DNA of 64,000 nucleotides from NCBI GenBank assembly GCA_964016885.1, contig OZ024750.1, positions 54,374,001 to 54,438,000 of the forward strand, written 5' to 3'. This document shows positions 29,101-42,053 of the stretch, piece after piece (position 1 is the first letter of the stretch; each line of letters begins with the position of its first letter). The position numbers and the translations under genes are program-made. Below the pieces are notes generated by a model. That model made no database searches and was not told the origin of the DNA. It saw nothing but the letters and a program-made list of their open reading frames with translations. The stretch comes from Eledone cirrhosa. Lineage: Eukaryota.

Positions 29101-32100
29101 ACCTACATGACTACTTTACAGTATGGACTGGGTGCTTTTTGTTGTGGCACCTACATGACCACTTTACAGTGTGGACTGGGTGCTATTTGTCGTGACACCT
29201 ACATGACCACTTTATAGTGTGGACTGGGTGCTTTTTATTGTGACACCTACATGACCATTTTACAGTGTGGACTGGGTGCTTTTTGTCGTGACACCTACAT
29301 GACCACTTTACAGTGTGGGCTGGGTGCTTTTTGTCGTGGCACCTACATGACAACTTTAGTATGGAGTGGGTGCTTTTTGTTGTGACACCTACATGACTAC
29401 TTTACAGTGTGGACTGGGTGCATTTTGTCGTGACACCTACATGACCACTTTACAGTGTGGGCTGGGTGCTGCTACTTGTCGTGACACCTACATGACTACT
29501 TTACAGTATGGACTGGGTGCTTTTTGTTGTGGCACTTACATGACCACTTTACAGTGTGGACTGGGTGCTATTTGTCGTGACACCTACATGACCACTTTAC
29601 AGTGTGGGCTGGGTGCTGCTACTTGTCGTGACACCTACATGACTACTTTACAGTATGGACTGGGTGCTTTTTGTTGTGGCACCTACATGACCACTTTACA
29701 GTGTGGACTGGGTGCTATTTGTCGTGACACCTACATGACCACTTTATAGTGTGGACTGGGTGCTTTTTGTTGTGACACCTACATGACCATTTTACAGTGT
29801 GGACTGGGTGCTTTTTGTCGTGACACCTACATGATCACTTTACAGTGTGGACTGGTTGCTTTTTGTTGTGACACCTACATGACAACTATAGTATGGACTG
29901 GGTGCTTTTTGTTGTGACACCTACATGACAACTTTAGTGTGGACTGGGTGCTTTTTGTTGTGACACCTACATGACCACTTTACAGTGTGGGCTGGGTGCT
30001 TTTTGTCGTGACACCTACATGACTACTTTACAGTGTGGACTGGGTGCTTTTTTACACTGAGACCTACATGACCACTTTACAGTGTGGACTGGGTGCTTTT
30101 TGTTGTGACACCTACATGACAACTTTAGTATGGACTGGGTGCTTTTTGTTGTGAAACCTACATGACAACTTTAGTGTGGACTGGGTGCTTTTTGTTGTGA
30201 CACCTACATGACCACTTTACAGTGTGGGCTGGGTGCTTTTTGTCGCGACACCTACATGACCACTTTACAGTGTGGACTGGGTGCTTTTTTATCGTGACAC
30301 CTACTTGACCACTTTACAGTGTCGACTGGGTGCTTTTTGTTGTGACACCTACATGACAACTTTTGTATGGACTGGGTGCTTTTTCTTGTGACACCTACAT
30401 GACAACTTTACAGTGTGGACTGGGTGCTTTTTGTCATGACACCTACATGCCCACTTTACAGTGTAGATTGGGTGCTTTTTGTTGTGACACCTACATGACC
30501 ACTTTACAGTGTGGACTGGGTGCTTTTTGTTGTGACACCTACATGACCACTTTACAGAGTGGACTGGGTACTTTTTGTCGTCACACACTACATGACCACT
30601 TTACAGTGTGGACTGGGTGATTTTTGTTGTGGCACCTACATGACCACTTAACAGTGTGGACTGGGTGCTTTTTGTCGTGACACCTACATGACCACTTTAG
30701 TGTGGACTGGGTGCTTTTTGTCATGACACCTACATGACCACTTTACAGTGTGGACTGGGTGCTTTTTGTCGTGACACCTACATGACCACTTTACGGTATG
30801 GACTGGGTGCTATTTGTCGTGACACCTACATTACCACTTTACAGTATAGACTGGGTGCTTTTTGTTGTGGCACCTACATGACCACTTTACAGTATGGACT
30901 GGGTGCTATTTGTCATGACACCTACATGACCACTTTATAGTGTGGACTGGGTGCTTTTGTTGTGACACCTACATGACCACTTTACAGTGTGGAGTGGGTG
31001 CTTTTTGTCGTGACACCTAGGTGACCACTTTACAGTGTGGGCTGGGTGCTTTTTGTCGTGGCACCTACATGACAACTTTAGTATGGACTGGGTGCTTTTT
31101 GTTGTGAGACCTACATGACAACTTTAGTGTGGACTGGGTGCTTTTTGTTGTGACACCTACATGACCACTTTACAGTGTGGGCTGGGTGCTTTTTGTCGTG
31201 ACACCTACATGACTACTTTACAGTGTGGACTGGGTGCTTTTTGTCGCGACACCTACATGACCACTTTACAGTGTGGACTGGGTGCTTTTTGTCGTGACAC
31301 CTACATGACCACTTTACGGTATGGACTGGGTGCTATTTGTCGTGACACCTACATTACCACTTTACAGTATAGACTGGGTGCTTTTTGTTGTGGCACCTAC
31401 ATGACCACTTTACAGTATGGACTGGGTGCTATTTGTCATGACACCTACATGACCACTTTATAGTGTGGACTGGGTGCTTTTGTTGTGACACTTACATGAC
31501 CACTTTACAGTGTGGAGTGGGTGCTTTTTGTCGTGACACCTAGGTGACCACTTTACAGTGTGGGCTGGGTGCTTTTTGTCGTGGCACCTACATGACAACT
31601 TTAGTATGGACTGGGTGCTTTTTGTTGTGAGACCTACATGACAACTTTAGTGTGGACTGGGTGCTTTTTGTTGTGACACCTACATGACCACTTTACAGTA
31701 TGGGCAGGGTGCTTTTTGTCGTGACACCTACATGACTACTTTACAGTGTGGACTGGGTACTTTTTGTCGCGACACCTACATGACCATTTTACAGTGTGGA
31801 CTGGGTGATTTTTGTTGTGACACCTACATGACAACTTTAGTATGGACTGGGTGCTTTTTGTTGTGGCACCTACATGATCACTTTAAAGTGTGGACTGGGT
31901 GCTTTTTGTCGTGACACCTACATGCCCACTTTACAGTGTAGATTGGGTGCTTTTTGTTGTGACACCTACATGACTACTTTACAGTGTGGACTGGGTGCTT
32001 TTTGTGCGACACCTACATGACTACTTTACAGTATGGACTGGGTGCTTTTTTATCGTGACACCTACATGACCACTTTACAGTGTGGACTGGGTGCTTTTAG

Positions 32101-35100
32101 TTGTGAACCTACATGCCCACTTTACAGTGTAGATTGGGTGCTTTTTGTTGTGACACCTAAATGACCATTTTACAGAGTGGACTGGGTACTTTTTGTCGTG
32201 ACACACTACATGACCACTTTACAGAGTGGACTGGGTACTTTTTGTTGTGACACACTACATGACCACTTTACAGTGTGGACTGGGTGATTTTTGTTGTGAC
32301 ACCTACATGCCCACTTTACAGTGTAGATTGGGTGCTTTTTGTCGTGATACCTACATGACAACTTTAGTGTGGACTGAGTGCTTTTTGTTGTGACACCTAC
32401 ATGATCACTTTACAGTGTGAACTGGGTGCTTTTTGTCGTGACACCTACATGACTACTTTACAGTGTGGACTGGGTGCTTTTTGACACGACACCTACATGA
32501 CCACTTTACAGTGTGGACTGGGTGCTTTTAGTTGTGACACCTACATGACCACTTTACAGTGTAGATTGGGTGCTTTTTGTTGTGACACCTACATGACCAT
32601 TTTACAGAGTGGACTGGGTACTTTTTGTCGTGACACACTACATGACCACTTTACAGAGTGGACTGGGTACTTTTTGTCGTCACACACTACATGACCACAT
32701 TACAGTGTGGACTGGGTGCTTTTTGTCGTGACACCTACATGACTACTTTACAGTGTGGACTGGGTGCTTTTTTATACTGAGACCTACATGACCACTTTAT
32801 AGTGTGGACTGGGTGCTTTTTGTTGTGACACCTACATGACAACTTTAGTATGGACTGGGTGCTTTTTGTTGTGACACCTACATGACCACTTTACAGTGTG
32901 GACTGGGTGCTTTTTGTCGTGACACCTAGATGCCCACTTTACAGTGTAGATTGGTTGCTTTTTTTTGTGATACCTACATGACAACTTTAGTGTGGACTGA
33001 GTGCTTTTTATTATGACACCTACATGACCACTTTACAGTGTGGGCTGGGTGCTTTTTGTCGTGACACCTACATGACTACTTTACAGTGTGGACTGGGTGC
33101 ATTTTGTCGCGACACCTACATGACCACTTTACAGTGTCGACTGGGTGCTTTTTGTTGTGACACCTACATGACAACTTTAGTATGGACTGGGTGCTTTTTG
33201 TTGTGACACCTACATGACCACTTTACAATGTGGACTGGGTGCTTTTTGTCATGACACCTACATGCCCACTTTACAGTGTAGATTGGGTGCTTTTTGTTGT
33301 GACACCTACATGACCACTTCACGGTGTGAACTGGGTGCTTTTTGTCATGACACCTACATGACCACTTTACAGTGTGGACTGGGTGCTTTTTGTCGTGACA
33401 CCTACATGACCACTTTACGGTATGGACTGGGTGCTATTTGTCGTGACACCTACATGACCACTTTACAGTATAGACTGGGTGCTTTTTGTTGTGGCACCTA
33501 CATGACCACTTTACAGTATGGACTGGGTGGTATTTGTCGTGACACCTACATGACCACTTTATAGTGTGGACTGGGTGCTTTTTGTTGTGACACCTACATG
33601 ACCACTTTACAGTGTGGAGTGGGTGGTTTTTGTCGTGACACCTAGATGACCACTTTACAGTGTGGGCTGGGTGCTTTTTGTCGTGGCACCTACATGACAA
33701 CTTTAGTGTGGACTGGGTGCTTTTTGTTGTGACACCTACATGACAACTATAGTATGGACTGGGTGCTTTTTGTTGCGACACCTACATCACCACTTTACAG
33801 TGTGGACTGGGTGCTTTTTGTCGTGACACCTACATGACTACTTTACAGTGTGGACTGGGTGCTTTTTGTCGCGACACCTACATGACCACTTTACAGTGTG
33901 GATTGGGTGCTTTTTGTTGTGACACCTACATGACAACTTTAGTATGGACTGGGTGCTTTTTGTTGTGACACCTACATGACAACTTTAGTATGGACTGGGT
34001 GCTTTTTGTCATGACACCTACATGACTACTTTACAGTGTGGATTGGGTGCTTTTTGTCGTGACACCTACATGTTCACTTTACAGTGTGGACTGGGTACGT
34101 TTTGTCGTGACACACTACATGAACACTTTACAGTGTGGACTGGGTGATTTTTGTTGTGATACGTACATGACCCCTTCACAGTGTGGACTGGGTGCTTTTT
34201 GTCGTGATACCTACATGACCACTTTAGTGTGGACTGGGTGCTTTTTGTCGTGACACCTACATGACCATTTTACAGTGTGGACTGGGTACTTTTTGTCGTG
34301 ACACCTACATGACCACTTTACAGTATAGACTGAGTGCTATTTGTCGTGACACCTACATGACCACTTTACAGTATGGGCTGGGTGCTTTTTGTTGTGACAC
34401 CTACATGACCACTTTACAGTGTGGGCTGGGTGCTTTTTGTCGTGACACCTACATGACCACTTTAAAGTGTGGGCTGGGTGCTTTTTGTTGTGACACCTAC
34501 ATGATCACTTCATAGTGTGGACTGGGTGCTTATTTGTTGTGGCACCTACATGACCACTTTACAGTGTGTACTAGATACTTTTAGCTGTGACTTCTACACG
34601 ACCACTTTACAGTGTCAACTGCGTGCTTTTTGTTGTGAAACCTACATAACCACTTTACAGTGTGGACTGGGTGCTTTTTGTCGTGACACCTACATGACCA
34701 CTTTACAGTGTGGGCTGGGTGCTTTTTGTCATGACACCTACATGACCACTTCACAGTATGGACTGGGTGCTTTTTGTTTGACACCTACATGACCACTTTA
34801 CAGTGTGGTCTGGGTGCTTTTTGTCATGACACCTACATGACCACTTTATAGTATGGACTGGGTACTTTTTGTCGTGACACCTACATGACCACTTTACAGT
34901 ATGGACTGGGTGTTTTTTGTCGTGACACCTACATGACCACTTTAGTGTGGAGTGGGTGCGTTTTGTTGTGACACCTACATGACCACTTTACAGTGTGGGC
35001 TGGGTGCTTTTTGTCGTGACACCTACATGACCACTTCACAGTGTGGACTGGGTGGTTTTTGTCATGACACCTACATGAACAATTTACAGTATGGACTGTG

Positions 35101-37458
35101 TGCTATTTGTCGTGACACCTACATGACCACCTTACAGTATGGACTGGGTGCTTTTTGTTGTGGCACCAACATGACCACTTTACAGTGTGTACTAGGTACT
35201 TTTTGCTGTGACTTCTACATGACCACTTTACAGTGTCAACTGGGTGCTTTTTGTTGTGACACCTACATGACCACTTTACAGTGTGGTCTGGGTGCTTTTT
35301 GTCATGACACCTACATGACCACTTTACAGTATGGACTGGGTGCTTTTTGTTGTGACACCTACATGACCACTTCACAGTGTGGGCTGGGTGCTTTTTGTTT
35401 GACACCTACATGACCACTTTACAGTGTGGTCTGGGTGCTTTTTGTCATGACACCTACATGACCACTTTATAGTATGGACTGGGTACTTTTTGTCGTGACA
35501 CCTACATGACCACTTTACAGTATGGACTGGGTGTTTTTTGTCGTGACACCTACATGACCACTTTAGTGTGGAGTGGGTGCGTTTTGTTGTGACACCTACA
35601 TGACCACTTTACAGTGTGGGCTGGGTGCTTTTTGTCGTGACACCTACATGACCACTTCACAGTGTGGACTGGGTGGTTTTTGTCATGACACCTACATGAA
35701 CACTTTACAGTATGGACTGTGTGCTATTTGTCGTGACACCTACATGACCACCTTACAGTATGGACTGGGTGCTTTTTGTTGTGGCACCAACATGACCACT
35801 TTACAGTGTGTACTAGGTACTTTTTGCTGTGACTTCTACATGACCACTTTACAGTGTCAACTGGGTGCTTTTTGTTGTGACACCTACATGACCACTTTAG
35901 AGTGTGTACTGGGTGCTTTTTGTCGTGACACCTACATGACCACTTTACAGTGTGGTCTGGGTGCTTTTTGTCATGACACCTACATGACCACTTTACAGTA
36001 TGGACTGGGTGCTTTTTGTTGTGACACCTACATGACCACTTCACAGTGTGGGCTGGGTACTTTTTGCTGTGACACCTACATGACCACTTTACAGTGTGGG
36101 CTGGGTGCTTTTTGTCGTGACACCTACATGACCACTTCACAGTGTGGACTGGGTGGTTTTTGTCATGACACCTACATGAACACTTTACAGTGTGGACTGG
36201 GTGCTTTTTGTCGTGACACCTACATGACCACTTTACAGTATGGACTGGGTACTTTTTGTCGTGACACCTACATGACCACTTTACAGTATGGACTGGGTAC
36301 TTTTTGTCGTGACACCTACATGACCACTTTACAGTGTGGACTGGGTGCTTTTTGTCGTGACACCTACATGACCACTTTACAGTATGGACTGGGTACTTTC
36401 TGTCGTGACACCTACATGACCACTTTACAGTATGGACTGGGTACTTTTTGTCGTGACACCTACATGACCACTTTACAGTATGGACTGGGTGCTTTTTGTT
36501 GTGACACCTACATGACCACTTTACAGTGTGGGCTGGGTGCTTTTTGTCGTGACACCTACATGACCACTTCACAGTGTGGACTGGGTGATTTTTGTCGTGA
36601 CACCTACATGACCACTTTACAGTATGGACTGGGTGCTTTTTGTTGTGGCACCAATATGACCACTTTACAGTGTGTACTAGGTACGTTTTGCTGTGACTTC
36701 TACATGACCACTTTACAGTGTCAACTGGGTGCTTTTTGTCGTGACACCTACATGACCACTTCACAGTGTGGACTGGGTGCTTTTTGTTATGACACCTACA
36801 TGACCACTTTACAGTATGGACTGGGTACTTTTTGTCATGACACCAACATGACCACTTTACAGTATGGACTGGGTGCTTTTTGTCATGACACCTACTTGAC
36901 CACTTCACAGTGTGGACTGGGTACTTTTTGCTGTGACACCTACATGACCACTTTACAGTGTGGGCTGTGTGCTTTTGGTCGTGACACCTAGATGACCACT
37001 TCACAGAGCGGACTGGGTGCTTTTTGTCGTGACACCTACATGACCACTTTACAGTGTGGTCTGGGTGCTTTTTGTTATGACACCTACATGACCACTTTAC
37101 AGTATGGACTGGGTACTTTTTGTCGTGACACCTACATGACCACTTTATAGTATGGACTGTGTGCTATTTGTCGTGACATCTACATGACCACTTTACAGTA
37201 TGGACTGTGTGATTTTTGTTGTGGCACACTACATGACCACTTTACAGTGTGGACTGGGTACCTTTTGCTGTGATACCTACATGTCCACTTTACAGTGCAG
37301 GCTGGGTGCTTTTTGTCGTGACGCCTACATGACCACTTTACAATGTGGGCTGGGTGCTTTTTGTCGTGAGACCTACATGACCACTTTATTGTGGACTGGG
37401 TGCTTATTGTTGTGACCACTTTATGTGTGTGTTTTTGACACCTACATAACCACTTTAT
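20164..37458. repeat. Satellite array, 48-bp unit (46-, 49- and 51-bp variants), roughly 360 copies, with higher-order duplications
   Basis: Consensus GACACCTACATGACCACTTTACAGTGTGGACTGGGTGCTTTTTGTTGT. Identical or near-identical ORF translations recur at offsets of 1632, 5355 and 621 bp. Confidence 0.98.
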
Positions 37459-37696
37459 ATGTGTGTGTATATATATGTATCTATCTCTCTATATATATAT
37501 ATGTATATATATATATATGTGTGTGTGCATGTATATATATATACATACTAGTGTACGTCTGTATACATATATATACGTACGTATAAATACCGAACATTTA
37601 TTATAATGTTCGGTTCGTTTCTAAACAAACAGCCCGAATTAAGCCGTACAGTGTTCGGCAACGATAGTTCCCATTTTGTTCAACACTGACACAGGA

Positions 37697-37739
37697 ACGA
37701 TGAACTAGTTCCTAGCTTATTAGCTGTCATCAGCACCGC
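37697..37739 (-). ncRNA. Minimal Penelope-type hammerhead motif with one core substitution
   Basis: Minus strand GCGGUG CUGAUGA C AGCU-AAUA-AGCU A GGAA CUAG UU CAUCGU. Stem I is 6 bp, stem III is palindromic (ACUAGU), and GAAA is changed to GGAA. Confidence 0.55.
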
Positions 37740-38777
37740 ATACCTTCCTGTCAGATGATTGAACGTTTGAAAGTATATACTTTCCTTATGCATATTAATG
37801 TTCGGTAAACCCATACGTACATATATATATGTGTGTATGTATGTATATACATACTACTGTACGTCTGTATACATATATGTATGTACGTATACATACTTAT
37901 ATATATATATTTATATATATATATATGTACATATATATTCAAGGAGGCAACAAACAGAGGTAGTAAAAGTCTTATTAGTTTCATGCTTTATATGGAAAAG
38001 GGGAAAGAAAGTTTGACGTGTCGGGCTTTAGTCCTTCTTCAGGAGTACAGAGAAAGGATCACAAAGGATAGATATATTTATATGTCTATGTCTATGTTTG
38101 TATGATAGTATATGTTTCTGTAGCAACAATGCAGAGATCGTGAGCTGTGATGCAACAGATTAGTTGGTTGGTTCAATAAACAAGACAGGTATTTTGCTAT
38201 GAAAACCAAACCTCGCTTGCCTTCTTCCATCACTAAAATAAATACATTACCATTGCATAGCTGAGGGAGGGTGGGCGGGGGGTGCTAGAGAGATAAAAGA
38301 ACGAGGGGGTTAGAGAGAAAGAGAGAGAGAAGGAAGGGGAAAGGAGAGAGAGATGGGAGATAGGTAGGAAGAGAGGGAAGGAGTGAGAGATAGAGATAGA
38401 TAGATATAGAAAGAGGATGAGAGACAGAGAGAGAGACAGAGAATCATAACTCACAGCCCACAGTCACACAGCTTATAACTCACAGTCATTCAACTCTTGT
38501 AGTAAAGAATGTTCTTTCTTACAAACAGAAAGCTCCAATAGAAACACATTTATTTTCTCCTGTGACAAATAAATATCGATCTAAATTGACATTTCTAACA
38601 TTAGCTTTACAGATTTTATTTTTTTAGTCACTCAGATTCATACATACTCACATATGCATTACCCAGCTCTGAACTGACACCTGGGTATTTGGCACCCAGT
38701 TATGCACATCCCTGGCAAATTGGCAGGGACATTAGAACATCTAATAAAATGATTTGCAGTATTCTTTTTGGCTCTCT

Positions 38778-39025
38778 ACGCTCTGAGTTCAACTGCTAAG
38801 GTCTCAACTTTGCCTTTCAAACTTTTGAGGTCGATAAAAAGTACCAGTCTAGTACTGGGGTCGATCTATACCTCTTTCTCACTTCCACTCTCTCACTATC
38901 GCTTTTTCTGGAAGAAATCAGCTGTGTTCAAATCTGGTGAGGAGATGGGCTCTGCCAGGTTTAAAAATAAATAAAACGCCCAAGACATGCTGTATGGTGC
39001 CCTATGACTCTATCAGGAGTTACCT
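38778..39025 (+). mobile_element. tRNA-derived SINE, long-tail variant
   Basis: B-box-like GAGTTCAA and the central TTTGCCTTTCA...GTCGATAAAAAGTACCAGT domain, followed by a tail shared with 39712-39860 and 60030-60190. Confidence 0.7.
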
Positions 39026-39711
39026 ACTTATGCATGCCCCATTCTCTAGATGAAATAATTTCAACTTATGGCTGACAAACATAGCATTTGACACTTCCTG
39101 CTCTGACAACACTAGGAAAATTACTAAGCTGGCATTTTCTACTATAAATCCTATGCCAAATCATCTGACAATCATAACACCATCCAACCCTCTCCACCAC
39201 TTTCTATATTTCCACAATGCAGCAATAATGTTTATGACTTATTTATTGATCACAGAAAGTTATATATTTAAATTAATTATACAAATTTGAATAAAACTGT
39301 GACCCTTTATGAGCCAATAATTTGTCTCTTTGGAGTCTACGACCTAGTCCAGGGTCGCAGAATTCATAAGGTTGACTAGGCCAAAGACTTTAGGTCTGTA
39401 GATGTATTTAATTTTTTATTTTTTGTTGTAGTGGGGTGAAAGATTGAAGTTATCAGTTGGAGTCCAAAATACTTAAAAACCTTGAGGCCCAGCTATGGGT
39501 TAATATAACCTTGCCCCAGATGGCTATCTCTTTTGTCTAATTATAGCATCTGCCCTGCTTACAGACATAAAGCACCGCTGGAAAGTGGTAAAGTAATTTT
39601 ATTTACATGAATTATCAAAAGATTAACAATTCTGTTAGATTCTTTCCTCACATCTCGCCTATGGAAATTTCTTCCAGGATCTTGCTTTCATGACCACTGG
39701 TATGGTATGGA

Positions 39712-39860
39712 CCTGTAACCCCTGAGGGAGTCGTAGGGGCACCATATTGACATACAGTGTTTCTTAGAGCATTGTTAAACCTAGTGGAGCCCACCTCATA
39801 TCCAGGCCTGAGTACAACAGATTTCTTCCAGAGAAGGATAGAGAGTGAGAGAGATATCCA
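39712..39860 (-). mobile_element. SINE long-tail fragment, inverted relative to 38778-39025
   Basis: GTAACCCCTGAGGGAGTCGTAGGGGCACCATA...GATTTCTTCCAGAGAA approximately reverse-complements 38903-39021. Confidence 0.7.
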
Positions 39861-40106
39861 GAGACCAATAAATATCAATCGAGATTGATATTTCCAACAT
39901 ATAGATCTTATTCGTTTAGCTAAACACACTCAAACACTCATGCATATACATATACACATTCACACATAAACACTCATGTTCACACATACACACAAACATG
40001 CACACACGTACATACATTAACACATACTCACACACACAGTCACAAACACTCACACACATACACACAAACACTCTCACACACATACAAACACTGACACACA
40101 CAAACA

Positions 40107-40210
40107 TAAAATAAAGTACCAGTAACACACTGGGGTTGACTTAATTGACTTTCCCCTCTCCCCAAATTGTTGGCCTTGTGCCTAAATCAGAAACTCTTAT
40201 TACTACTTAC
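40107..40210 (+). mobile_element. SINE 3' fragment
   Basis: AAAATAAAGTACCAGT...GGCCTTGTGCCTAAATCAGAAAC followed by a (TTA)n-like tail. Confidence 0.75.
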
Positions 40211-40227
40211 CAATATAGTGAACTAAA

Positions 40228-40600
40228 CAACTGGCTTTCCATCTCAACTGGAGCCAGCTGGCCTAGACCGCAGAGATGGCGCCCCAACGAAATCACCCTC
40301 TTCCCATTCAAAGGTCCCCCATCTGGGACGCCACCTGTTGTGACATGCTCTCTACCTCCAACTTAGTCGCTTCGGTCACAAACCCCAGCACCGTGGCCCA
40401 GCTTGCAGAAAAATAAACAAATACCGGGGATTGTCTGGTCACTTCCTCTTCGCAGCAGTTGCCGTGAAGACGTACAAGATCAGAACGTCGATGGCCCGTC
40501 TGAGGAAGGAGCCCTACGAGGTCGGGTGACTGTTGCAGCAGGTGTCACTGGCCTTTGTCCGCGGGGTACAGCCCTTCTGCCCCCATGCCCTAGGCCCAAA
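40228..40600 (+). mobile_element. CRE-type LINE fragment (restriction-like endonuclease region), degenerate
   Basis: Frameshifted translation gives GFPSQLEPAGLDRRDG, IWDATCCD and FAAVAVKT, which parallels the C-terminal region at 59180-59460. Confidence 0.6.
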
Positions 40601-40789
40601 GCCCAATCACCCTACCCCTTCACCCCTCCCCTCTCTTCTGTGACTCTAGAGTTCTTGCCATCCCCTCCCCTTCCCATTCTTTTTTCTTTCTTTTTCTCTT
40701 TTTTCTCTATATTTTCCTATTCTTTCTTTCTTTTGGTTCTTTTTCTTTTTATTATTGTTCTTGTTATTGTCATTATTATTATTATTATT

Positions 40790-41000
40790 ACCCTTTCATC
40801 CTTACGGGGTCGATAAAATAAAGTACCAGTAATACACTGGGATAATTGCTGGCCTTGTGCCTAAAGTAGAAACAATTATTACTATTACTGTAAACGAGGT
40901 TGACTTTGCCTTTCATCCTTATGGGGTCGATAAAATAAAGTACCAGTAATACACTGGGTAATTGCTGGCCTTGTGCCTAAAGTAGAAACAATTATTACTG
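40790..41000 (+). mobile_element. Two tandem 5'-truncated SINE copies
   Basis: CCTTTCATCCTTAYGGGGTCGATAAAATAAAGTACCAGTAATACACTGGG...GGCCTTGTGCCTAAAGTAGAAACAATTATT occurs twice. Confidence 0.85.
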
Positions 41001-41319
41001 TAAATAAAAATTAACAAAATCTATTAACTAAACTTATACAAATATATAACGAAAAATAACTTGTAACATCTTTTAGAAACTGGCTCTTTCTCCATGATAC
41101 TCTGTCAACCTCTCTGTCTGTCTCTAGCTCTCTCTCTCTCTCTCTACCTCTGGTTCTCTCCCTCACTCTCTCTCTTCTGGTTCTGTCTGTCTCTCTCTCA
41201 CATGTAAACAAATCATTAGTCACATTCCCCACCTCCAATTCTTTCCTCTTCATCAACCTTCATTAACCTTTTCCAATTCTTCTGTTAAGGAGGAAAGATA
41301 CTGCTTATTCAGCTATACC

Positions 41320-41810
41320 GTTTACGTGGTTTTGTCTTTGCGTGCAATTGTTCTCCACGCTCCACATATGACGTATTATCTTCGTTTTTTTCCGTTCATT
41401 GCCAGAGACCGTCTCTATGCACTATCTAAGAGAACATTAGTCTATGACCTCTTTTATACCATAAACGTGGTTCTGTCTTTGCGCGTAATTGTTTTTCACC
41501 GCTCCTATTAATGACGTATTATATTCGTTTTTTCCCGCTCTTTGCCAGGGAACGTTTCCACGAACCAAAGTATCGTCTTCCTGTCTTCCTCCGGTTGCAA
41601 CTTTTTTTGAAATATCCACTTCTGCGTTTACAGATTGACTTTGTTAGTTTCAGAAGATCCCGTTAAGGGTGAAAGCAGCGATTCTTTGCTTAAACTTTAA
41701 TCTGTTATTTTAATAAATTTTTGCTCTACGGTTCTTATATATTTGATATATATTTATCTTTATCGAGCCCTCTTTGGATTTTAGTCTTCAAATTTATTAT
41801 TATTACTATA
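41320..41810. mobile_element. Interspersed repeat related to the interior of the 18795-19967 Helitron, with an internal 141-bp duplication
   Basis: 41511-41714 matches 19061-19264. 41693-41810 matches 61859-61975. ACGTGGTT.TGTCTTTGCG occurs at 41324 and 41465. Confidence 0.75.
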
Positions 41811-42053
41811 TATATATATATATATATATATAAATATATATATTTATAATAAAACACAAAGGCCAAGTATCAAACACTTTGCGCTAACTTTGCTAGAGGA
41901 ATGTCAGTTTAATTTCTTCCTCCCAATCTTTCTCTCTCTCTTGCATACATTGTTGACAAGATATTCAATGGTCAAGTAGCAGCTATATATAGCTACCTAC
42001 CTATCTGTCTATCTCTAACTAGCTTCATCTTTCTGCTTATCTATTTATCCTCC

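Noticed and set aside
20248-37004. Long Cys-rich (MTTLQCGLGAFCCDTY)n and His/Lys-rich antisense ORFs, up to 472 aa
   Set aside because: A 48-bp unit with no stop in one frame per strand gives long ORFs automatically. Frequent 46- and 49-bp frameshifting units show no selection on reading frame.
1-37458. CRISPR-like appearance of the arrays
   Set aside because: Units are contiguous with no unique spacers, there are no cas genes, and the context is eukaryotic.
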